From a virus, in the IMG/VR virus record IMGVR_UViG_3300033153_013649, positions 1 to 64,000 of that record: a stretch of DNA of 64,000 bases; one strand, 5' to 3'. Shown piece after piece: positions 40,441 through 49,057 of this stretch; positions within the stretch are counted from its first letter, which is position 1, and each line of letters opens with the position of its first letter. A program made the position numbers and the translations under genes. The notes under the pieces are model-generated. The model did not search any database. It was not told where the DNA came from and worked only from the letters and a program-made list of their open reading frames with translations.

Positions 40441-41249
40441 TGAATTTTTTTAAAAACTTAAAAAATCTTGCTATTACCTCATTGATAATTATAATAACAA
40501 TAACAATTTGGCAATGGAATAATTCAAATAATAAAAAAGATGAACAATTATTCGAAGCTAACTTAAAAACATCCCAGATCTTAGCAGAAAACGATACTTT
40601 AAAATTAAATAACAATAAATTATTCGAACAGCTTATTTTCATTGAAAATGATAAAAATCGTTTAGACGAAGATTTAGGTAAACTAAAGGGGAAAATTGAA
40701 GGGCAAATTCGACAAATTACTAAATTAAAATTTGAAGTATTAAAAGCTAATGGTACAATTAGTGGATTAATAATATCAAGAGATTCTCTCAGAGAATTTT
40801 ATGATCGTCAAGGTAACTTATTAACAATGTTTAGAGAAACTTTTGATATTTCTGATTCAACAGAATTTTATAATTTAATACAAAAACTAACTATTACTGG
40901 AACTAATAATGAAATAGATCATATAGATAATGAATATAGTCTTAAAATGAAGCCTTTTGATTTAGTCTTAGTTACTTCAAAAATTGATAAATATATATAT
41001 AAAATAACTGCATCAGCTCATGATTTTTATAAATTAAGAGACGCAAGTACGATAATTACAATTGAGAATCCTTATGAACCAACTTCTTTCTGGAAAAGAT
41101 GGAATATCGGATTAGGAATTGGAATTTCAGGATTTAATCAAAACGCGTATGGAATCGGGGGCCTTAAATATCAAAAACATTATTTCGGTATAACATACGA
41201 CGGAAAAAACAAAGGAATACAATATATGTATTTTTTGAAAAAGGAATAA
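40440..41249 (+). CDS. membrane-anchored coiled-coil protein (spanin candidate)
   Basis: Basic N-terminus, TM LAITSLIIIITITIW, coiled coil, Gly/aromatic beta-strands at the C-terminus. Confidence 0.45.
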   Translation: MNFFKNLKNLAITSLIIIITITIWQWNNSNNKKDEQLFEANLKTSQILAENDTLKLNNNKLFEQLIFIENDKNRLDEDLGKLKGKIEGQIRQITKLKFEVLKANGTISGLIISRDSLREFYDRQGNLLTMFRETFDISDSTEFYNLIQKLTITGTNNEIDHIDNEYSLKMKPFDLVLVTSKIDKYIYKITASAHDFYKLRDASTIITIENPYEPTSFWKRWNIGLGIGISGFNQNAYGIGGLKYQKHYFGITYDGKNKGIQYMYFLKKE

Positions 41250-41256
41250 CAAAAAA

Positions 41257-41832
41257 ATGAAATCATTTAAAGAAACATTAAGTATTTTAGAAAATACTGA
41301 TAATTCTGATATTCTTTGGGAATGGACATCAAAAGCTAAAGATGTTTGGCTAAAAAAGAACAAGGATGCTTCATTTACAACAACTAAGGTAAGGGATACT
41401 TTTCTAATTTCTTGTGGGCCTCTTGAATATTATTATGATGGTATATGGAAAGGAAAACACGGAGCTTTTAAATTAGCAGCAATCGATGCTACTAAACCGA
41501 AAGATCTGCCAAAGGATTTTAATACCTTCTTTTCAATGCTTCAAAAAAAATATAATGATATACGAAGAGAAATGGAAAAGGGAACAGATTTAGCATTTAA
41601 TAAAATCTCTAAATATATAAAGAAAATGGAAAATAATGAAGATTTAAGAATAATTAAAGAAAAGGGACCGAGGGAATATCCTCAGGTAGTAGTATTTCTA
41701 AATAATAAATCAATATATGCAACAAATGGAACAAATTATATACAAACATTAGGAAGAGGCATTCCTAGTTTTAAAGAATTTTCTGATATTATAAAGATAA
41801 AAAGATTTAAAAGTGAATTCGGAAGAGTATAG
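41257..41832 (+). CDS. putative internal head protein
   Basis: Starts MKSFKETLSILE; AAGGA RBS. Confidence 0.45.
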   Translation: MKSFKETLSILENTDNSDILWEWTSKAKDVWLKKNKDASFTTTKVRDTFLISCGPLEYYYDGIWKGKHGAFKLAAIDATKPKDLPKDFNTFFSMLQKKYNDIRREMEKGTDLAFNKISKYIKKMENNEDLRIIKEKGPREYPQVVVFLNNKSIYATNGTNYIQTLGRGIPSFKEFSDIIKIKRFKSEFGRV

Positions 41833-41843
41833 AAAGAAAATTT

Positions 41844-42470
41844 ATGGAAAAATTTACCTCTAATTTTTTTGGAAATCCCTTAAGCTCAGTTTTTCATGAA
41901 TTAAATCTTTATGATTATAGCAAAATTGATGAAAAAAAGCCACCTCTATTTTATACCCCAGATGACCCCGAATATGAAATTTCTTATGCTTTTCATAAAG
42001 AAAATAATCCGGATTATATAAGTGAAAATTTTGATCTTAAAGAATTTTCGGTTTCAGCAGATTTTCCAGAATTAGCTAAAAAACAAAAGTTTACTCCAGA
42101 ACAAGAAGCTACAATAAGAAAATTAGTTATCGAATTAATTCAACCTATTAGAACTTTTTTTAATGAATGGGTATCAGTCCTTTCTGGACTAAGGCAAGAT
42201 GACTTAAATACAGCAGTAAAAGGTTCAAAAACATCAGATCATAGACTTGGGGCAGCTGCCGATATTACTTCTCTTAAAATACAATATGACCCAGAATCAA
42301 CTGCTTGGGATTTATGGAAAAATCTAGGATTGAAAGACAATATGCATTTAAAGCAATTAATATTTTACAAAAAGAAAAGATTTTTACATGTTTCAATTAA
42401 TAATCCTAATAGTAGAACCAGACATGAATTAATAGATTGGGATGGAAATAGAAAGGTAGTTGCAACATAA
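41844..42470 (+). CDS. peptidase M15A family endolysin (Zn peptidoglycan peptidase)
   Basis: SENF.LKEF, SGLR...N.AV.G...SDH..G.AADI and FLHVS motifs. Confidence 0.88.
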   Translation: MEKFTSNFFGNPLSSVFHELNLYDYSKIDEKKPPLFYTPDDPEYEISYAFHKENNPDYISENFDLKEFSVSADFPELAKKQKFTPEQEATIRKLVIELIQPIRTFFNEWVSVLSGLRQDDLNTAVKGSKTSDHRLGAAADITSLKIQYDPESTAWDLWKNLGLKDNMHLKQLIFYKKKRFLHVSINNPNSRTRHELIDWDGNRKVVAT

Positions 42471-42471
42471 A

Positions 42472-42966
42472 ATGCCAGCAACAATAATTGTTCCAAATAT
42501 AAATAGTATTTTCGAAATAGCTTTCGAAAAATATCCAGAATTAGCCAATCAAATTATTGAAGTAGCTATGCCGGGAATTAGCATAGATCCTACCGATTTT
42601 AGAGTAAAAGAATTTAGAATCCGACAATTACCAACTCAAAATGAACCAACGAAAGAAGAAATGACAATTACCTTTAATGCTGATGAAAATTTTGATAACT
42701 ATTATACCATTTATACATGGATACGCTCAGGTACGCGTGGGGGTATGGGAATACATGCAAGAGATCTAGATTCGGATATTATTCTTACATTAACAGATTT
42801 AAATAAACGTCCTATAATGAAGCTTGTTTATAAACATTGTTTCCCAACTAATCTTTCTGAAATGCCTTTAAATACTCAAGACGAAGGAAACACCCCGTTA
42901 AACTTTACAGCAACCTTTGTAGTAAATGATATTTTAATAACTAGATTAGACCCCAGTTTAAAATAA
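42472..42966 (+). CDS. tail completion / tube terminator protein, gp3-like (tube fold)
   Basis: MPGI, ITFNADENFDNY..IY.WI and CFPTNLS motifs; ATG 42472 preferred over TTG 42460. Confidence 0.7.
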   Translation: MPATIIVPNINSIFEIAFEKYPELANQIIEVAMPGISIDPTDFRVKEFRIRQLPTQNEPTKEEMTITFNADENFDNYYTIYTWIRSGTRGGMGIHARDLDSDIILTLTDLNKRPIMKLVYKHCFPTNLSEMPLNTQDEGNTPLNFTATFVVNDILITRLDPSLK

Positions 42967-42975
42967 AAATAATTG

Positions 42976-43005
42976 TTGACAAAGTATAATTAAATTTGGT
43001 ATATT
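42976..43005 (+). promoter_or_regulatory. sigma70-like promoter
   Basis: TTGACA-18-TATATT. Confidence 0.75.
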
Positions 43006-43010
43006 ATTAT

Positions 43011-44567
43011 ATGATGCAAATCAAGTGCTATCTAAAAGATATGTTCAACCTTAAGCTTTCGATAATTGAAATTGATAGGATTGAAATTCAAAGAAATCTT
43101 TCTTCTTATATGAGTGTATATGCGCCAGCATACCGATTCGATTGGAGATTTAAAAAGAAACTTTGGGATGGTAAACTCTATTTTTATAAAATATCTACTC
43201 AAACTCTTCCTCGAGGACTACTTTATGAACTAAAAAAATTTTGTAAAATCTTTAATTATTCTCTTTGGATCGATGAAGGAATTGAAATAAATAATTTTTC
43301 AGGACTATCTAAAAGAGAAGTTGAAGATTTCATTTTAAATCTTGTTAATAATATGAATATTCCTAAGGAATATTATCCGAGATCATATCAATTAAAATAT
43401 TTTACTAAATTTATACAAAAAAATGTATTATTATTAGAATCCCCTACCGCATCTGGAAAATCCTTAATTATTTATATGTGTTTATTGTATACCTTGAATT
43501 TACTTCCTAAGGAAAAACAAATACTTATTATTGTTCCAACTATACAATTAGTAGAACAAATGTTTCATGATTTTAAAGATTATGGTTTTCCATCTTATAA
43601 ATATTGTTCAAGAATATATTCAGAAAGAAAAAAAGAATCATTAGAAAAACTTCGAACTAAAAAAAGAGTAATAATTTCTACTTGGCAATCTTTGAAAAGT
43701 CTTCCCCCATCAGAATTTCAAAATATAGGATTTGTAGTTGGAGACGAAGCTCATGAATTTAAAGCTCATCATGCTAAAAAAATAGTTGAATCTTGTAAGA
43801 ACGTTGATTTCAAACTTGGAACTACTGGGACTCTTCATACTAGAGATAAAGCATCAAAAATGACAATCGAAGGAATATTCGATAAAGCAATAAAATATAT
43901 AGATATTAATCAATTGATTCGCAAAAAACATATATCTGATTTTAAAATACAAATTTTAAATTTAATATATCCAGATAATATCTGTAAAATGGCAAAGACC
44001 TTTAATTTTCAAGCTGAAATGGATTTTATTGCACTTCAACCATATAAAAAAATAGTAATTAATAAAATTTGTGAGAAGATTGTATCAAAAGGGGAGAACG
44101 TTCTTATTCTTTTTAAAACTAGGTCTTACGGAAAACAATTAATAGAAGAACAACTCAAAAAATTTAAGCCCTTATATGTAGACGGTACAATAAAAATGAA
44201 AGATCGAAAAAAGGTAGTTTTTGATTGTGAAAACAAAAAAGGAATAATAGCAGTTTGTTCTTTTGGTACTTTCAAAAGAGGAATCAATATAAAAAATCTT
44301 CATCATATAATATTCTCACAATCAATTAAGACTGAAATTGGATTATTACAATCTATCGGAAGAGCATTAAGAATCCATGAATCTAAAGGTTTTGCTACGA
44401 TTTGGGATTTAGTAGATAATTTAGCAATTAAAAAACATATAAATTTTTCATTAAGACATTTTAATGAGCGTAAAGAAATATACGAAACCCAGGGATTTAA
44501 AAATATAAAATTCAAGGATATAATATGTCAAAAATTGGAAAAAAGCGAATCAATATCGAAGCAATGA
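43011..44567 (+). CDS. uvsW: SF2 DNA helicase UvsW
   Basis: WDGK, PTASGKS, STWQS, DEAH, GTTGT and LQSIGRALR motifs; ATG 43011 preferred because TTG 42996 lies inside the promoter. Confidence 0.93.
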   Translation: MMQIKCYLKDMFNLKLSIIEIDRIEIQRNLSSYMSVYAPAYRFDWRFKKKLWDGKLYFYKISTQTLPRGLLYELKKFCKIFNYSLWIDEGIEINNFSGLSKREVEDFILNLVNNMNIPKEYYPRSYQLKYFTKFIQKNVLLLESPTASGKSLIIYMCLLYTLNLLPKEKQILIIVPTIQLVEQMFHDFKDYGFPSYKYCSRIYSERKKESLEKLRTKKRVIISTWQSLKSLPPSEFQNIGFVVGDEAHEFKAHHAKKIVESCKNVDFKLGTTGTLHTRDKASKMTIEGIFDKAIKYIDINQLIRKKHISDFKIQILNLIYPDNICKMAKTFNFQAEMDFIALQPYKKIVINKICEKIVSKGENVLILFKTRSYGKQLIEEQLKKFKPLYVDGTIKMKDRKKVVFDCENKKGIIAVCSFGTFKRGINIKNLHHIIFSQSIKTEIGLLQSIGRALRIHESKGFATIWDLVDNLAIKKHINFSLRHFNERKEIYETQGFKNIKFKDIICQKLEKSESISKQ

Positions 44568-44995
44568 AAAAAGAATTAAGCTTCCTTTCTATAAATTTAG
44601 AGGGGTCTTTAATAAGAAAATTATGTAAACATTTAGAAGATTTACAACCAAAAAAGATAATTGAAATTGGTACATTACAGGGGGTGATAACTATATTTCT
44701 AGCTAAAATTGCTGATAGAGTAGAAACCTTTGATAATATTGAAAATCCAATTTGTTTTAAACTTTGGGGTCATTTTAGAGTAAAAGATAAAATTTCTTAT
44801 AATATTGTAAAAAGTAATAAAGAAAAAGCTGATGCAATAGATAGATTCGAATCTTCAGATTATCAACTAGTTTGTATAAATCAAGTTCCTACGCCAGGAT
44901 CGCCGAGATTCTTTGATTATGATATTACTAGCAGATTCAAAAATCATTTTCTTACTCCAGCAGGACTAGAGTACTCCAATCCTTATTTTTTTTGA
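44525..44995 (+). CDS. class I SAM-dependent methyltransferase-like protein
   Basis: PKKIIEIGTLQG motif I followed by V.TFD. Confidence 0.5.
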   Translation: MSKIGKKRINIEAMKKELSFLSINLEGSLIRKLCKHLEDLQPKKIIEIGTLQGVITIFLAKIADRVETFDNIENPICFKLWGHFRVKDKISYNIVKSNKEKADAIDRFESSDYQLVCINQVPTPGSPRFFDYDITSRFKNHFLTPAGLEYSNPYFF

Positions 44996-45003
44996 AATAA
45001 AAG

Positions 45004-45032
45004 TTGACAAATAAGAATTAATTTTGTATATT
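45004..45032 (+). promoter_or_regulatory. sigma70-like early promoter
   Basis: TTGACA-17-TATATT. Confidence 0.85.
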
Positions 45033-45070
45033 ATAATTAGATAATAAAATCTATAATGGGAGGAAAAATT

Positions 45071-45268
45071 ATGAAACCCAGCGATTTGAAAAAAAAGCTA
45101 GTAAAAGATCTCAATGAATCTCATGTAATGTTACTCAAAGGTTTTTATGACTATGATCTTGCTGATTTGCCAAATCTTTTGGAAGCTAAAGAAATAACTA
45201 TTAAAATAAAAAAAGCAGCAGATAAGATGCTCAAAACATTATCTAAAGAGATAAGTAAACTTCAATAA
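45071..45268 (+). CDS. small hypothetical early protein
   Basis: GGAGG RBS precedes ATG 45071 within ORF 45056..45268. Confidence 0.55.
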   Translation: MKPSDLKKKLVKDLNESHVMLLKGFYDYDLADLPNLLEAKEITIKIKKAADKMLKTLSKEISKLQ

Positions 45269-45403
45269 AAAAGACTTATTTAATAATAAATGGTTGTTCA
45301 GAAAATATGATACTACCTCGAAGGGATTTAAGGAATATAAAAAAGGAAATAAATAACTAACAGATCAAAAAAGATTTCTCTTCAATTTTATACATTTAAA
45401 ATA

Positions 45404-46468
45404 ATGAAAAATGCATTAATAGTAGATTTTTCAAATCTTGCTGCTCGCGCATTTTGGGCTGTGAACTTAAAAACCTCTGATGGAAGGCATTCTGGCTTAG
45501 TATACGGCATGCTACGTATGTTATTCAATAAAATACAAGGCCTTAACATTACATCTGTATATATTTGTATGGACAGAAAGCCATATTGGAGAAATCTTGT
45601 ATTTCCAGAATATAAAAAAGGACGCAGAAAATCACAAGATCTAATGGGGGATTATTACGATGATTATATCGAGCAATTAGAAGATATGAATCGTCTTTTA
45701 CCTGCCTTAGGATTCTATTGTCTTGCTTATAAAGGAATGGAAGCTGATGATATTGCTGCAGCTTTTGTTTTTAAATTTAAAGATCAATATGATAATTTAT
45801 ATACTTATTCCGGCGATCATGATTGGTTTCAATTAGTTGGAGGAAAGGTTAAACATATCCAACCGAAAATAAAATCTGATGATATTATTATATCAGAAAA
45901 TAACTTTTCTGAAATAGTTGGAGTAAAAGATACAAATACCTTTCTTGATATTCTTTGTTTTGCGGGAGATCACGGTGATGCTATACCTTCAATATTTGCA
46001 ACCAGAAATGGAACAGAAGAAGAAGGATATTATTGGGAAGAACCAGCAAGAGTAATTTCAGAATCTAAAATAAAAAAGATTCTTGCCTCCCCTTATAATG
46101 AAACTAAAAACCTTCTTGAAGGAAAAATTAATCCTGTTAAAGGAATTGGTCCTAAAACTGAAATCTTATTTTCTAAAATTTCTGATATTCAAAGAGAAAG
46201 ATTTAAAATAAATAAAAAACTTATAAATCTTCAAAATGGAAAAGAAAAGTTAGAAGCCCTCAGAGAACTTAAAAATGAATTTGAAATTCCAAAACATAAT
46301 GAGAATATGCTTGCTCATATAATTCAAAAATATGAATTATCTTCAGTTCGTATAACCAAAGACTTTCCTTATTATTATATAAATATTGGAAAATATAAAG
46401 AAAAACCTGTAATAAATAAAAGTAAATTTATGAATTTATTAAAAGAAAGCAGAGAATGGCGACTGTAG
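45404..46468 (+). CDS. rnh: 5'-3' exonuclease / flap endonuclease (T4 RNase H family)
   Basis: LIVDFSN, WR..FPEYK.GR, EADD, SGDHD..QL and GD.GD motifs. Confidence 0.9.
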   Translation: MKNALIVDFSNLAARAFWAVNLKTSDGRHSGLVYGMLRMLFNKIQGLNITSVYICMDRKPYWRNLVFPEYKKGRRKSQDLMGDYYDDYIEQLEDMNRLLPALGFYCLAYKGMEADDIAAAFVFKFKDQYDNLYTYSGDHDWFQLVGGKVKHIQPKIKSDDIIISENNFSEIVGVKDTNTFLDILCFAGDHGDAIPSIFATRNGTEEEGYYWEEPARVISESKIKKILASPYNETKNLLEGKINPVKGIGPKTEILFSKISDIQRERFKINKKLINLQNGKEKLEALRELKNEFEIPKHNENMLAHIIQKYELSSVRITKDFPYYYINIGKYKEKPVINKSKFMNLLKESREWRL

Positions 46469-46848
46469 ATATAAAGAAAAAATTAGAAGAAGATCTAATA
46501 ATAGACGAAGCAAATCTTGTTGGAGAATTAAAAAAACAAAAAGATTTGTTACTTACTTGGAGTAATCGATTAAACAGTGTACAAAACGAACTTACTAAAA
46601 CTATTATTTTATTAGATAGAATCTATTACGAAAAATATAAATTTTATAAAGACGAATTTGAAAGAGCTCTTAAAGATAGAGAAATAAAAATATATGTTGA
46701 AGGACATGCAGATATTATTAAGCTAAAAGAAAAAAAGAGAGAATTTGAACTTTTAAGATCAACTATTAAAGGCGGAATTGTTGCTCTTCGAACAAAAGGA
46801 AAAACAATAAATACCCTTATATCTCTTCAAGAAAAAGAAATGATATGA
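46456..46848 (+). CDS. uvsY: recombination mediator UvsY-like
   Basis: EEDL.ID...L helical protein of expected size, near uvsW and gp25. Confidence 0.7.
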   Translation: MATVDIKKKLEEDLIIDEANLVGELKKQKDLLLTWSNRLNSVQNELTKTIILLDRIYYEKYKFYKDEFERALKDREIKIYVEGHADIIKLKEKKREFELLRSTIKGGIVALRTKGKTINTLISLQEKEMI

Positions 46849-47549
46849 AACCCCCCTTAAATATAATTTTTTGCGGAAATTTTAAATCTTCTTTAATAAA
46901 ACAAATAAATAGTCATTTATTTAATAATGAAGGAATAATTACTTCTATAGAAGATGCTCTATATGAAATTGTTGATAATCCTACACTTTTACAAGAATTA
47001 AAATATCAAGAAATAAAAAAAGAAGCTAGAAGTATCTATAAAAAACTTGAAATTCCTGCAAAGTTAGTTCCTGATAGTGTAATTACAGTAGATAAATCTG
47101 TATTTGAAGATGAAGAATTTATGGAAGTATTTAATTCGTCTTCTCGAGAAGAAAAATTAAAATTATTAAAAGCAGTAATAGAAATTTTATATCCAAATCA
47201 AAAATGGATAATAAATCGATTTTTATATAATCTTATATTTTTTCAAAAAATCAAAGCTACTATAGTTAATAATAATCTCATAAACAATATATATATTTTT
47301 GAAGTAAATAATTTTGAGGATCTCGTTGAAATTCTTTCTAACAAATATTTTGATTCAATTGTAATTTCTACAGGTTCAACTGATACTGAAATAGTAGAAA
47401 AAATAACAAAAGGATATATCGAACCCTTTTATTTTATTAGAAATGATGAATTTTTATTTTTTACTATAAATAAATCGAAATCTCATAATTATAATTTTTA
47501 TAAGATATACAAAAATTTACAAAAATATTTAATCGAAAATTTTTCGTGA
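46845..47549 (+). CDS. hypothetical protein, possibly a degenerate NMP-kinase fold
   Basis: N-terminus resembles the dNMP kinase at 51018 but lacks the GK P-loop. Confidence 0.4.
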   Translation: MKPPLNIIFCGNFKSSLIKQINSHLFNNEGIITSIEDALYEIVDNPTLLQELKYQEIKKEARSIYKKLEIPAKLVPDSVITVDKSVFEDEEFMEVFNSSSREEKLKLLKAVIEILYPNQKWIINRFLYNLIFFQKIKATIVNNNLINNIYIFEVNNFEDLVEILSNKYFDSIVISTGSTDTEIVEKITKGYIEPFYFIRNDEFLFFTINKSKSHNYNFYKIYKNLQKYLIENFS

Positions 47550-47553
47550 CCGA

Positions 47554-47937
47554 TTATTCGTTTGGATTAACTTTAATCTTTACTATTTTTTCAATTCCTG
47601 AATCCTTTTCAGAATAAACAACAGAAATTATTATAACAGTACCAAGATAACTCTCTGCAGTTATATCTTTTATGTCTATACGAGGCTCTTGATTTAAAAG
47701 GTCTCGCTTTAAAATTCTAACTAAAGAATCTCGAGAAATTTCATCATTTGGATCCCAGACAAAATTATGAATTTCTGTTCCTAAATCTGGATCCATTAAA
47801 GCTGATCCCTTCGGGGTAAGAACAATATTTATAATAGATTCTTTTATAGCATCAGAATCAATAAAAAGAGGAATACTTTTATTTTTTGTTGGAGAAGACC
47901 AATCAAGATTTAAATCTACATATTTATAATTTGACAT
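47554..47937 (-). CDS. gp25: baseplate wedge / sheath initiator
   Basis: Y.DLNL, AIKESI.NI.LT.KG...P..G and EPRI motifs. Confidence 0.92.
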   Translation of the reverse strand: MSNYKYVDLNLDWSSPTKNKSIPLFIDSDAIKESIINIVLTPKGSALMDPDLGTEIHNFVWDPNDEISRDSLVRILKRDLLNQEPRIDIKDITAESYLGTVIIISVVYSEKDSGIEKIVKIKVNPNE

Positions 47938-47952
47938 TTTATTACCTTAATT

Positions 47953-48549
47953 TTACATTATATAGCTTTTAATCTGAACCCCTTGCCAAATCCATTCTTT
48001 ATCCTTAAAACTTTTAAAATATTGATTTAAAATATTATTATATTTAGTATTTACTATTTTAAAACTAGAAGAATTATTATAATTATCAACATTCTGGTCA
48101 AATATAACTTTAAGGTATCTTTCCATTTTTTTATAAGATTCACTTCTTAAATTAAATAAAATCGGATAATCCGAAATCGGAACTTGAGGTGCAGGGGGAA
48201 CTGGTAAATAAGTAGCTGTTATAATTCCAATATTTATTGAGTCTAAAAACCAATCATCTATTATTCTAGCAAATTCTACAGCAACTTGTCTTCTTTTTTC
48301 TGAATCTGTATATAATATACTTTTTCTAAAAAGAGTTTCAAAATTTATTTCTAATTTTGAAGAAATATTCCAATTAGAAGCAACAATAACAGGTTGATGA
48401 AATGATTCTGGAGATATAACTTCCCCTGTTTGAATGAACAATTTAGTCTTGGCCGAAATTTCTTGAGCTATAAATTTTGCAGCTCGACGAGGGGTTATTT
48501 CCTCTAATTTCTCATCTTTTGGAATCAAATAATAAAAAAATTTAGACAT
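47953..48549 (-). CDS. hypothetical protein in the baseplate hub block
   Basis: 198-aa ORF between the spike and gp25 genes. Confidence 0.55.
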   Translation of the reverse strand: MSKFFYYLIPKDEKLEEITPRRAAKFIAQEISAKTKLFIQTGEVISPESFHQPVIVASNWNISSKLEINFETLFRKSILYTDSEKRRQVAVEFARIIDDWFLDSINIGIITATYLPVPPAPQVPISDYPILFNLRSESYKKMERYLKVIFDQNVDNYNNSSSFKIVNTKYNNILNQYFKSFKDKEWIWQGVQIKSYIM

Positions 48550-48557
48550 CTAAAAAT

Positions 48558-48983
48558 TTATTCATCCTTTAAAGGCTGAATTTTATCCTCCTTTTTAGGT
48601 TTTACTTTTACCTCTGGATCTTCAATTATTCCAAATCTTTGGAAAGCAGAAATTTCTCGAGGCTTTATTTTTATTCCTGTTGAAACAAGAACCTCTTTTT
48701 TAATAGGAACAAAAGCAATTTCTATATTATAATTAAAAAGATCGTTTAATTTTTCATTTAATTCCTGAATTTTTTCTTTCGGAACTTCTATTTCTCCTTT
48801 ACCGTTATCTTTACCAAGTTTTTTCCAAATTGCTATTCTTCTTTCTTCGTAAATTTGAAGTTCCTCCCCTAATTTTTTATCTAAACGAGACAATTCCCAT
48901 GACATTTCAATAGGTAGATCTTTATCAAAAAACTCTTGAAAAGGAACACGAAAATTAATTAATTCACCGATTGTAATTTTCAT
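48558..48983 (-). CDS. hypothetical helical protein
   Basis: 141-aa ORF with AGGAG RBS and its own sigma70-like promoter. Confidence 0.6.
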   Translation of the reverse strand: MKITIGELINFRVPFQEFFDKDLPIEMSWELSRLDKKLGEELQIYEERRIAIWKKLGKDNGKGEIEVPKEKIQELNEKLNDLFNYNIEIAFVPIKKEVLVSTGIKIKPREISAFQRFGIIEDPEVKVKPKKEDKIQPLKDE

Positions 48984-49024
48984 ATTTTGAATCTCCTTTT
49001 ATTAATTTATTTATTTTATAACTA

Positions 49025-49054
49025 AATATACTGAATCTAATTATACTTTGTCAA
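49025..49054 (-). promoter_or_regulatory. sigma70-like promoter
   Basis: Reverse strand TTGACA-18-TATATT. Confidence 0.75.
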
Positions 49055-49057
49055 TAT

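Noticed and set aside
45269-45403. Short open frame between the 65-aa gene and rnh
   Set aside because: Under 30 codons with no convincing start, RBS or motif
47921-47928. TATAAATA on the minus strand at the start of gp25, and other intragenic copies
   Set aside because: Lies within coding sequence (Tyr-Lys-Tyr); expected by chance at this AT content
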